This document shows positions 53,796-64,000 of a stretch of DNA of 64,000 nt, one piece after another. Position numbers and translations under genes: made by a program. The stretch comes from Ignavibacteriota bacterium (GTDB lineage Bacteria; Bacteroidota; Ignavibacteria; UBA10030). Under the pieces are notes generated by a model that ran no database searches, was not told where the DNA came from, and was given only the letters and a program-made list of their open reading frames with translations. The stretch lies in the NCBI GenBank assembly GCA_963701295.1, contig OY969585.1:2816001-2880000 (forward strand). Reading direction: 5' to 3'. How positions within the stretch are numbered: position 1 is the stretch's first letter; every line of letters begins with the position of its first letter.

Positions 53796-55016
53796 TCACC
53801 TACTATAATAAGGGGCACCAGAATTACCCATATCAATTGCCACTATTGAGGGGTCACTTGACATAACACGTTCATAAAGAATATTACCTGTCCATGTTAA
53901 CCCACCAACTGCGGTTGTAATAAGATTTTTATACAATGGGCGCATTCCTGTGACCGTACCCGTGCTGTAGTAGACCAACAAAATGGGATCGACACTTTTA
54001 TCGGTAGCAATGTACATATTACCGTTAGCGGAAAAGGTCAAATCTTTAACCTTTGAAGTGGCATAATCACCGCTCGTGCTCCACAGTAATACCTGTTCTT
54101 GTGTTCCTAATGTGCCACCCGAAATTTGATGACGATAAACACCAGTGGTGGTTCCTCCTACAGCTAGAACATAAACATAATTTTGAAAAACGCGTACAGC
54201 CAAAATATTATAATTGACATAAGAAGGTCCTTTGGCCACTGAGGTTGCTTGAACGATATCTATGGTTTTATTTGTCCCTGATGTTCCCCCTGCATAAATA
54301 ACTCCATTTTGATCAAAGTCGAAACATGTCATATTTTCAAGAAAGCCGAATAATTTGGTTAGATTACCTCCTCCGCGTGCAACGGAATGAAATTCTCCAT
54401 CACTTCCCGTCATCAGTGCGTATAATGTCCCATTCGGCACAATCCGCATACAAGAAATTGTTAAACTGGTTGAATATGTAGCATAATCGCTCATTATCCC
54501 ATTTGTCGAAATTTTACGAATTACTTTATACGTTCCGGTACTGTCACGAGCACTAATAACCGCTACGTATACATTGCCAGAAGTATCAGAGGCAATAGTA
54601 TTCGAGAGTGTAGAACCGGGAAATGTACCAAGCGGTGTTACAACTCTTTTTATTTTATATTTTATTTGGGCAACATCATCAGCAAGCTGAACAACAACTC
54701 TTGTAGAAATAGTTTCACCGTAAGTTAACGGCCTGAGCATTACAATCTGATTCGAAGTAAAATTGGTGATAATACCAGGTTCTATTCCAAAATAGACAGA
54801 GCATTGATCCACAGTAGTCCCAAAATTACTTCCATTGATCGTGATATCAAGAACACCACCAATTGCACTATCCGCAGGAGAAATGCTCGTAATGACAGGG
54901 GATGCGACAGGATTTGCCGCTGGCGGCCAGCCCGGCGGAATAATATTATCAACGCACCCCGAAAGTAGAGCTACGATGATTACAAATGTAATAATAATAA
55001 ATATATTTTTTTTCAT
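53796..55016 (-). CDS. IPT/TIG + beta-propeller lipoprotein
   Basis: Lipobox LSGC; PVITSISP...ITINGSNFG. Confidence 0.8.
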   Translation of the reverse strand: MKKNIFIIITFVIIVALLSGCVDNIIPPGWPPAANPVASPVITSISPADSAIGGVLDITINGSNFGTTVDQCSVYFGIEPGIITNFTSNQIVMLRPLTYGETISTRVVVQLADDVAQIKYKIKRVVTPLGTFPGSTLSNTIASDTSGNVYVAVISARDSTGTYKVIRKISTNGIMSDYATYSTSLTISCMRIVPNGTLYALMTGSDGEFHSVARGGGNLTKLFGFLENMTCFDFDQNGVIYAGGTSGTNKTIDIVQATSVAKGPSYVNYNILAVRVFQNYVYVLAVGGTTTGVYRHQISGGTLGTQEQVLLWSTSGDYATSKVKDLTFSANGNMYIATDKSVDPILLVYYSTGTVTGMRPLYKNLITTAVGGLTWTGNILYERVMSSDPSIVAIDMGNSGAPYYSR

Positions 55017-55030
55017 GTTTAATCTCCTCA

Positions 55031-56035
55031 CTATATCTTTAATCTTACCGTAATGCGCTGAATGTCATCGAAATATTTCATCGGTGTGTACGCATAATCT
55101 ATTGCAAGGCCAAACTGCGATACGCCAACTCCATAACTGAATTGTTCTAAATCAGCGTGCGAGTTATAGCCTAAGCGGAAGGAGATCGTATTCATAAATG
55201 TATAGTTTATGCCTATTAAAAGTTGTTCCGGGTACGAACGATCATGTGTTAAATCGACCGACACGATCAAGCTTTGATCTTCCTTAGCTTTTTCCCAAAA
55301 ATCCATTACATCCATGGAAACACCGAGAGTAAAAAGAAGCGGCATTTGAAACGATTCCTGTTCATACGTTAGCTGTCCGGAAAAGTGACGAATAGATATT
55401 CCAAACGAAAGACTCTTGAGTCCAGTTTTAAAAAGGGTACCAAAGTCAAAAGCTATCGGATTCATCTTAAAAGAAGTCTTTACCGTGCTGGAATCCCTGA
55501 TGTCAATGCTTGTGGGAACATCGCCATCTCCCAAACTCTGGTGAACATATTTTATCTGACCTCCGACGGAAAACTGATCGGTCAATTTATTAGCATAGCC
55601 GATGCCCGCGCTATAGGCTTGCAAAGAAAATGTACCTAAATACAGAAAATTATCATTATTATTGTACACTATGGTTCTATAAAAATCACCATAGTTTACA
55701 TCCTGTACTGATACACCAACAATGCCCCATGAACCCAAATTAACAGCCGCGCTAAATTGCGTATGTTTAATATCGGCGATCCATGGGTTATAACTTGCCG
55801 ATACTTCTGCGGTATTTTTCATTTCCGTTAAGCAGGCGGGGTTGAAAAAAAGTGAACTCGAGCCCATTGGCAGTGTGTTAACTGCACCAGCCATTCCGGC
55901 TGCTTTTGCATCTGAAATAACACTCAAGAAATCAAAACCGGTTTGCGCAAGTTTGACATTATCTTGAGCAATGCTGCCATTTCTCATAGATATAAGAAAG
56001 ACAAGCTCAATGAAAAGAATTATTCTTATTTTCAT
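55031..56035 (-). CDS. PorV/PorQ-family outer-membrane beta-barrel (second paralog)
   Basis: KLAQTGFDFL..DAKAAGMAG..FFNPA; DYAYTP. Confidence 0.85.
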   Translation of the reverse strand: MKIRIILFIELVFLISMRNGSIAQDNVKLAQTGFDFLSVISDAKAAGMAGAVNTLPMGSSSLFFNPACLTEMKNTAEVSASYNPWIADIKHTQFSAAVNLGSWGIVGVSVQDVNYGDFYRTIVYNNNDNFLYLGTFSLQAYSAGIGYANKLTDQFSVGGQIKYVHQSLGDGDVPTSIDIRDSSTVKTSFKMNPIAFDFGTLFKTGLKSLSFGISIRHFSGQLTYEQESFQMPLLFTLGVSMDVMDFWEKAKEDQSLIVSVDLTHDRSYPEQLLIGINYTFMNTISFRLGYNSHADLEQFSYGVGVSQFGLAIDYAYTPMKYFDDIQRITVRLKI

Positions 56036-56060
56036 AACATTTATTCCTCAGATTAATTTG

Positions 56061-58315
56061 TCAACGAATTACAACAAATTTTCTGTATATGGACTTACCA
56101 CTACTTGTTTGAAAATGAGCAATATATATCCCGCTTACGATCGTTTGACCGTATGTTGTTTTTTGATTCCAATGTTCGTCTCCGCTCCCATTCGTATGTT
56201 CCATCTGCCATATCAGTTCTCCACGCTCAGTGAATATCCGGATAGTACACCCTTCCTTCGGTAAATTCACAAACGCGATTCTATCCTGGTCAAAACCTTG
56301 GTTGGCAAGCGTCGGATCAAGAGTCAATCCCCACTGTAGTTTTCTGGATCTTACGATATATGGATTGGGAACTATATAGATAGAATCCATTCCGGATTTA
56401 CCCTCTTTAAGCAAATAAGCACCCTCCTCCGTTTGGGTTAAGAACTGACTACTTACCAAAGGAACACCCGGTTCAATCGTATTAGTCGAGCCGTCATCTT
56501 TGCTCTGGATGTAGTAAAAATATTCTGTGGCACGCGCTACTGCGGTATCAAGATATGTATCGTTAGGATACGATTTATCACATTCCCATATTTTCTTGTA
56601 TACCGTTATATCATCATATACACTTCCGGCTGCACGATATATCACAAATCCGTTGAAATGAGCTGATGCTCTGGCTTCACTAGCTGTCCACGAAAGCTGA
56701 ATGCCATTAGCACTAGAAGTTACATTAAATTGCGCAGGCGCCGGAGGCGGTTGAAGAGCATGGTAGTCGGAATTATATAAATCTATTGCTCTTTGGAACA
56801 TTCTTTGGATTGAGTAAGGCTTCGTGGAGTCTTCAATAGAAAATACCCATGCGTCTTTGTATTGGTTATAAGGTGCGGCATCGATTTTATATTTAGTATA
56901 AACTGGGTTAGCACTGACAAGTGAGCTGGTACCGATACTGACACCAGAGGGCATCGTGAATGCCGGTGTAACTCCGCCTGAAGGATTATACCCTGCATAC
57001 CAATTATTTGAAACCACGCGATTCGAATCTCGATCGAGTCCCGTTACTCCTTCGGCTAAAACAATATGAATACTATCGCCGGGGGCAAGCTTGTATGGTC
57101 CGAAACCCTGTATTTGCCCTGGACCGGCAGTACTACCTTGCAGCATTGTTTTTGAAAATTGATCTGCGCATGTTGCGCTACTTGCAACAAACTCATCCGC
57201 ATAGCTCTTCGGATGAAGTCCTGTATTTCCGCCAAGACTCATAAATTTATACCATCGAGCCATTGAAGTTTCATCATAAGGCGGGCACGCATAATCTAAA
57301 GGATCATCCGCATTGATATATGCCGTATTCATCGGTTGAGTTTTATCGTCACTTTGATCATGCGCCGATTTATCAGCATGGAGCGTAACACAACCTACAT
57401 ACCGCGCAGCAGCAAGCACGCTTCCAGATTGATACGGATTAGGACATCCCCAGTCATCCAGGACTTTGTTGTCCCCACTATGAGGACCATAATACCCATA
57501 CAGCGCTCGATATTTAAAGTCCGCACTCGTTGGGTCTGTGCCCATAACCTGAACTAATGTATTAACTCCCCAGCGCGTACTTTGTGCCGACCAACCAACA
57601 ACAGGAAAATTAGAACTTGCTACGGCTTCTCCAGCAAGACTATACCGATATTGGAATAGAAATAGACAACTATCAAGAGTCTGAGGTACCACTGTTCCTG
57701 CTACATTAATAATTCCCGTGTTTTTGAAAACATAATCGTAGATAAAGAAATTATTATTGTATTGATTGGGAAAAACCATAATCTTTCTCGTCATCGTTAT
57801 TCCCATCGGAGTATTAATCGTATTGACGATCATTCGATCTGCCTGCATGGTGGGGTCTATCTCATCCAACTTATCATAAAGACCCATTGTCGCATTGGCA
57901 ATTTTTCCATCGACGGTTACCACGGGGTGATTATATTTTCCTATATATTTAAACGGTTGAGTAAGTGCGTTGAGACCGTCATAGCTCCCTGAGCGAGGAC
58001 CGAGTGTCAGCACTTTGTATTTGAAGGGTAGTTTGCTAACAGGATCTATGAAATTTTGACAGCCGATCCATAAGCCTTTCGCCCGTACAGAACAAGATTT
58101 TAATCCATACGCAGCAGGCCAGACATAGGCCGGTCCATAAAGGGGGTTTCATCGCTTTCCGTTTCAGTGCCATAATCTGTAAAATATGACTGGATATTAC
58201 TAAAACGTATCCACGCTCTTAAACCCTGTGCTTTCACAGAAACTGTGGAAAGAACTACAGCGATAAAAACAAAAATTAAAAATAAAAGTATATTACGTCT
58301 CATAAACAGTTTCAT
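56061..58315 (-). CDS. Secreted hypothetical protein with Fn3-like domain and variant T9SS CTD; frameshift near 58100-58140
   Basis: Signal peptide in 58100-58315, body in the 56061 frame; IVPNPY...IAFVNLP..CTIRIFTERGEL...SGIYIAHF...KFVVIR. Confidence 0.8.
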
Positions 58316-58332
58316 GGAATTTTCTCCTCCAA

Positions 58333-61300
58333 TCATATTTTAAACGATAGCTTCATTCCGAAAAATATTTGCCGTGGATTCAAAAATGTGAATGACGTTA
58401 AATTGGGCATATCGATATACGCCTTGGTGCTCAAAATTTTATCCATTCTTGCTTTATCAACTTCCACCCATTGACCATTCGTAACCTCGTTATACGTCGC
58501 TGTTTGTGCACCATAATAAATTGTTCCCGCAATCACACTGGAAATAGGCGGTAAAGAACTCACCCATAATACAGGTTGATAATCAGCACCATTTGCTCTA
58601 TAGTCACCGATTCTATCATTTCCCGGTACGTTATTATATACATCGCTTTTAGGAAGATGAAGAGATTCCATATATGAATCTTCGTCGGCAGTACCAGAAA
58701 ATGAATTCATATTCATCTTTTTGTAATTCAGAACATTATACACATCGACAAACAACTCGACGTTTACAGTCCTCAAATCAAAGGCCTTGCTAAATCTTAA
58801 TTGGACGTCACAGTTATCTGTGGTTTGCACATTATTGTTTATTCCATATCTACCGAACGGATTATAAGTGGTATACGAACCCGCTTGCCAATTGAATTGC
58901 ACATTTAACAAAAAACTACCCAACGGTATAAAAGAGCCCCAGTGAGGACCAAAATCCTCAGGAGTAAATAAACTGATGTTCACTCGAGCATAAGGACTGG
59001 GAACGGGCACTTGTTGGTACGACTTATCTGTTTGTGCAGCATAATTTGTTTGATCTGTGACATTCTCATATTCGAAATTATTGCCAAACCAACCTCCAGA
59101 AATCGATTGATATGTGTAGTTTGCAAATCCCGTCCAAAACTGACCGCTAGTCTTTCGTAAAGAAATTTCAAGGCCACGAACATCCTGCATAACCAGAACT
59201 TATGGGCTGAGCGTACCCATTGAGGTACCCATAGGTACATACGTAACAGTAAGTGTATTTCCATTGATATCGAGCTGATCATTTGTGATATCCCGATAAA
59301 ATGCGCTTATTTGGAGAAGAATATTATCACCTAAGTAATGATCATACCCGAGCTCGTAGGCAACAGTTTTCGCCAGAGTTTGATTTGGATTACCGAAGTT
59401 TGCAACTTGTCCAGATGATGAGCGGCCTATAGCATACATATTTTCGTATGACGGCATTTGCATAAAATGTCCGTAATTGAAATAAAGTTTTGAGTTTTCT
59501 GTAATTGGATGTGCAATACCGAGGCGTGGACTAAATTGCCATTGTGGTTTTGATCGGGTAAGAGGTACTTCCGAAGTTGCATTGGGTCCAAAAAACGACA
59601 CAGAGAATGGATTACCAGTGTACCAATCCGTCTGAGGATCGCTATAATCCACCCTGAATCCTAAATTAGCAACAAATCCATTTGTCTCTAATTTATCCTG
59701 GATATACATACCTGCTCTGATGGGGTAAACACGCATTAGAATACGGTCTTGATAGGATAGACCGTCACTTAATGCATAAACTTGTCCATAATCAAAAGAC
59801 AAATCGTTATAAACAAATTCTATTCCTGTTTTGAGTAAGTTCTTGAAGTCAATCTGACTTGTAAAATCTGCCTTCAACGATGTTGCAGATACTTCACTAT
59901 GGTCCCGATACAAACATTCGGAACCTCCAAACTCAAGCCCCGTTGGCCCCATTGTTTTCATGGTAGCATATCCGTATGGCTCTTCATTGACAAAGAAACC
60001 ATTCACAATTTGATAAACCGAATCCATGTTCCGTCCCGCCGAAGGTTCGGAAAGGTACGATCGCGTTATTCGCTCGAGTCTAATTTCATAATATGATGTT
60101 GGAGAAAGGAATTGAGTTACATCTCCCGAAATTGAGTTATATGATATTTCAGACGGGCTGAAATACGCTGTATTAAAGAGTCCAGTTTGACCATAGCCTG
60201 CAATTTGATCAGCTACTTGCTGCGGAGTCGTGATATAGAGACCGCTAGCCCAGTTTTGAGCCAGCGTGAAAGGCCAGTTTTGAGCTTGCGAATATTGTTT
60301 ACCAGAAAAGAATGCTACGGCCAACTTCAAGGATTTTGTCAGGTCTGAGTTAAATCGCACGTTCCAGTCCCAATTCACATTATCGTCTCGTGTCAATGGA
60401 ACCAAGAGCGTTACGTCTTGTCTACGGTAGGTACTAAAGAAACGAAGATCGCCTAGATACTTATCAATAAAAGGTACCGGACCGCCAAAACCTGCATCAA
60501 CATCATAATCGGGTTGGGCAACTGGTCGTCTTCGTGTATCGAAAAGAAATTGCTTTTGTAGCGCCTCTGGAGAAAGATATGTAGAACCAACCGTTGTATT
60601 TCTTTCCTGTGATACCGTATTCCATCCCTCCCAATTTGGATATGAAGCTTGAGTATATGTATCCCAAGCACCATTACTCGTACCTGTCCAACAAACTGCG
60701 GGATCTAAATACGGCCGTAGCCAATAAGAATTTTTATCAAACGGTGATATACCCATAGCTTTATATTGGTACGGGCTAGCGCGAACAGTCGCTGTCGCGG
60801 TATAGTGTGATTTATCTCCCTCTTTCGTAATCACATTGACGATGCCGGAGCGAACCTGGCCATATTCGGCATTAAACCCACCGCGTTCTATAGAAACTTC
60901 TTTAACAGAACTCATCGCAATCGATGAAATAGGGCTATTATTCCGTGGATCACGGAGTGATATACCATTAACCTGAAACAATGCATCACTCTGGTCTCCA
61001 CCACGGATTTGCATATTTTCCTTTACACCGGCTTGAGTCTGAATAACCGACAGCATATTTGAAACGGGCAGTTGACTAATTTCATCACTACTCACTGTAA
61101 CAACGGCGGCAGACACATCGGGTTTGATAAGCCTTTCCCCATAAACAATTGTTTCTTCAACTTGGACATCTTTTGCCTCGAGGGTGACATCGACGCGTGC
61201 TGTTTGATCAATGTAAACCCTCACATCAGTCATGACAATTTTTCTATAACCAACGCAAGAGATTTGAACTTGATATATTCCCGGAGGAACGGACAATATA

Positions 61301-61500
61301 GAATATTCTCCACTCATATCTGTAGAAACACCAAGAGATGTACCGAGGACGATGACATTAGCTTCCATGATAGGTTCACCGTTTAATTTATCGGTAATCG
61401 TCCCTGCAATTTTTCCTGTAGTACCTGCTATCCCAATCACAGATAAAGAAAACAGCCCTAATAATAAGAGCAATGTCAGAAAAAGAAATCTACTTTTCAT
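58333..61500 (-). CDS. TonB-dependent receptor; frameshift near 59200
   Basis: GKIAGTITD, IRGG, GGFNAEYG, FSPRLG; C-terminal part DVRGLE...NPRQIFFGMKLSF in the next frame. Confidence 0.9.
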
Positions 61501-62160
61501 AGTTTTTTTTTCCTTATGTATTGAGTAAACGATTAAAACACTATCTCTAATCAATGGCGCAACGATAACAGTAATTCTCAAACTTAATTCAGATCAAGTC
61601 CTATATTATGGGTAACCTCCCTACAGGTCCATTATGTTGTAGGTTGATACGAGATGTAATTGATTAAACCTAGGGTTCAAATTACAATTTTTCTCTCAAT
61701 CTGAACCGTATTATCTCTTCTGCTTCTTTCAGATGAGCCGCCACAGCCGCCGTTGTTTTATTTACTTTTTTACTTTCATACTGCATTTAGAATATTTTGA
61801 TTTTTCCTTGATTTGGTGATTATGAATAGTTGTTTATGGTGAATTAATTATCATTAAATGCTTGTGTTTCTAAGAAGAAATAATAGATTGGTAAAAATGG
61901 CGCTTATTTCCATAAGTGGTGTCAACATTTATGATACGCTCTTCCTGGGTGGTAATAGTACAAGTTAAATCACTGACCTGACCATCATGTTATGTACCAT
62001 AGAATTAATTACCAAAAGCTTAAAAAAATGCCCTATTGTTTTTTTAGCAATATCATTTATATGTCGAATCCTTATCAGAAATGATAACGAGTGGAGAACT
62101 ATCTTATTAACCTTAGTTAAAAAAATGTGGTAGTTGGAGCGGACAACAAGCGGTCAACCT

Positions 62161-63621
62161 TTATTTCAAGCCAAGTTCCTTACATATTCTATGATAATTG
62201 GGAGGGGCAAGACCTAGTTTTCTAGCTGCTTCTGCATCAGATGTGGAATTCTTTCGTATGTATTCAAAATATTTCCTCCGAAAATATTTTTCCATCTCCC
62301 ACAAGTTCTTCTCACCTTCTGGGTGAGGAAATAAGACTCCATCAATCGTACTGAGTGACTGTAGCTGTGATTGCAGATGAAAGATTTCTTTCACCACTTC
62401 AACGGAGATGATAGTTTCGTTGCGTAATAGGACGCGGTGTACGACATTTTTTAATTCACGGACATTTCCTGGCCATGAATACTTTTTAAGCAGATCATGT
62501 GCAGTATCCGCGGTTATTGGCGGTGTCTTACCCATGTCTATACTTATCTGCCGAATATAATGCTCCCAAAGAACAAGAATATCTTCCGGACGATCTTTGA
62601 GAAGCGAAACGTAGATTGGGACAACATTAAGTCTATAAAACAAATCTTCTCGAAATCTTCCTGCCAATACCTCCTGCTGAAGAATTTTATTCGTTGCGGC
62701 AATAATTCGAACATCAACTTTGATTTTGTCTGTTCTACCGATTTTTGCAAGCTCTCCCCCCTCAATCACGCGAAGTAACTTGGATTGTGCTTGTGGTGGA
62801 AGATCCGCTATTTCATCAAGAAACAGTGTTCCATGATGTGCTACTTCGAATAATCCCGGCTTACTCGTTGTAGCGTTGGTAAATGCTCCTTTCTCATACC
62901 CAAACAGTTCACTTTCGATAAGGTCTTGCGGAATGCTGCTACAATTGATTGGAACAAAGTTTTCGAATTTCCGCTTGCTCTCATAGTGAATATTGGTTGC
63001 GACCAGTTCCTTCCCTGTCCCTGTTGATCCTGTAATCAGTACTGTTGCATCGGATGTTGAAAGTTGTTTAATTTGGCTCCGTATTTTTTGGCTTTGTTCA
63101 GAAATCCCAAGAATTCGGACACTTGCGAGTTTATCTTCAACATTGTGTAAAAGTTTCCGTTGGGCTCTCAATTGTTCGCGTTCAAGGTTCTTTCTTTGAT
63201 ATGCATTTACTATGCTGATAATAAAATCCGTCGGTTGATAGATAAAATCTTTGATATCTGTCGGATATTTTGTGCAGTACCAAAAGGCACCAGCTTTGAG
63301 TAATTTATTGGCGAAATCAAAATCCGTAATGTTGACAGTCATTTTTGTGATCACAATGATCTGCAACGATGATGAAATCTTTTTAATAGCATGAATCAGA
63401 GAATCGCCCATAATCCTCCCAGCGATTTGCATATCCATAATCACGACGTCGAATTGATCTTTTCCTCTTCCGAGCAATTTCAAGGCAGTATCGCCATTAG
63501 AAACTACCTCAAGGATTTGTATCTGGTCGCTAAATGGACGTATCGTATTACGCACACGACGCACATCAAAGTCTTCATCCTCGATTAAAAGAACTCTTAT
63601 TATTCCATTAAATAGCATCAT
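62161..63621 (-). CDS. NtrC-family sigma54-dependent response regulator
   Basis: REC domain; GSTGTGKE, ESELFGYEKGAFTNA, LFLDEI, FREDLFYRL, WPGNVREL; C-terminal HTH. Confidence 0.95.
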   Translation of the reverse strand: MMLFNGIIRVLLIEDEDFDVRRVRNTIRPFSDQIQILEVVSNGDTALKLLGRGKDQFDVVIMDMQIAGRIMGDSLIHAIKKISSSLQIIVITKMTVNITDFDFANKLLKAGAFWYCTKYPTDIKDFIYQPTDFIISIVNAYQRKNLEREQLRAQRKLLHNVEDKLASVRILGISEQSQKIRSQIKQLSTSDATVLITGSTGTGKELVATNIHYESKRKFENFVPINCSSIPQDLIESELFGYEKGAFTNATTSKPGLFEVAHHGTLFLDEIADLPPQAQSKLLRVIEGGELAKIGRTDKIKVDVRIIAATNKILQQEVLAGRFREDLFYRLNVVPIYVSLLKDRPEDILVLWEHYIRQISIDMGKTPPITADTAHDLLKKYSWPGNVRELKNVVHRVLLRNETIISVEVVKEIFHLQSQLQSLSTIDGVLFPHPEGEKNLWEMEKYFRRKYFEYIRKNSTSDAEAARKLGLAPPNYHRICKELGLK

Positions 63622-63636
63622 ATCTCTCTGTCATTC

Positions 63637-64000
63637 TTAATGATACATTGTAAATGTAAATTGGCATCCTCCTGTCGGTTTGTTCTCTACATCTATTGTC
63701 CAACCGAAACGCTGCGTTGCAATTTCATAGGCGATGTAGCAACCATAACCGGAATGTTGCTTCCCCATTGGTTCGCCAGAAGTTACGTGATCAAGAAATA
63801 TTTTTTTCACGCCACTTGCATCGAGTTCAAGAAGGTTTGGATCAACACCGTTACCATTATCCTCAATACGAATAGAGGATTGGCGTGTAGTAGGTTTATA
63901 CTTTGTCGTGATTACCACTCGTGTATTATCATTCCCTGAATGGTCCAATGCATTTTGAATAATAGGCTCAAATACTTCCCAAATCACATATTCATTAATA
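63637..64000 (-). CDS. Sensor histidine kinase, C-terminal HATPase part (5' end outside window)
   Basis: IIQNALDH, IEDNGNGV, GYGCYIA. Confidence 0.85.
   Translation of the reverse strand, partial: INEYVIWEVFEPIIQNALDHSGNDNTRVVITTKYKPTTRQSSIRIEDNGNGVDPNLLELDASGVKKIFLDHVTSGEPMGKQHSGYGCYIAYEIATQRFGWTIDVENKPTGGCQFTFTMYH

Noticed and set aside
61682-61779. Possible leader peptide upstream of the TonB receptor
   Set aside because: As given, it stops after five codons; it opens only if a homopolymer error is assumed.
409-63939. Numerous short antisense or overlapping ORFs in the six-frame track
   Set aside because: They are shadows of long, motif-supported genes and have no recognisable motifs.

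Overview
The window looks like Ignavibacteria/Chlorobi-Bacteroidota-type DNA, inferred from the many T9SS C-terminal domains (NYPNPFNP), PorV-like proteins and a hybrid two-component system. It has four parts. (1) 1-3.5 kb: the end of a frameshifted hybrid two-component gene, then a tRNA-fMet 3' fragment with a terminator. (2) 3.6-18.3 kb: an integron-like array of 11 minus-strand cassettes separated by long, homogeneous attC-like sites (152-221 bp). It ends in an attI-like site with a candidate Pc promoter, but no intI lies next to it. The cassettes include three T9SS cargo proteins and a TIR + membrane protein pair. One attC is interrupted by an IS110/IS1111 element whose downstream non-coding region contains readable target (attC) and donor guide sequences, i.e. 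a candidate bridge RNA. Two other attCs carry an identical 25-bp hairpin insertion. (3) 18.8-25 kb: a hydrolase/ECF/membrane protein module, bfr, a phage-type integrase beside a tRNA-Arg(CCT) 5' half flanked on both sides by arm-like repeats, and gene debris. (4) 25-64 kb: a large minus-strand beta-1,3-glucan utilisation locus (GH16, GH5-CBM6, GH3, GH149, GH17, GH30, MFS). It has no recognisable SusD; instead there are two modules of TonB receptor + CTD protein + PorV-like protein, downstream of a sigma54-type two-component system. Several single-base frameshifts may be assembly errors. All calls were made by eye; no searches were run.
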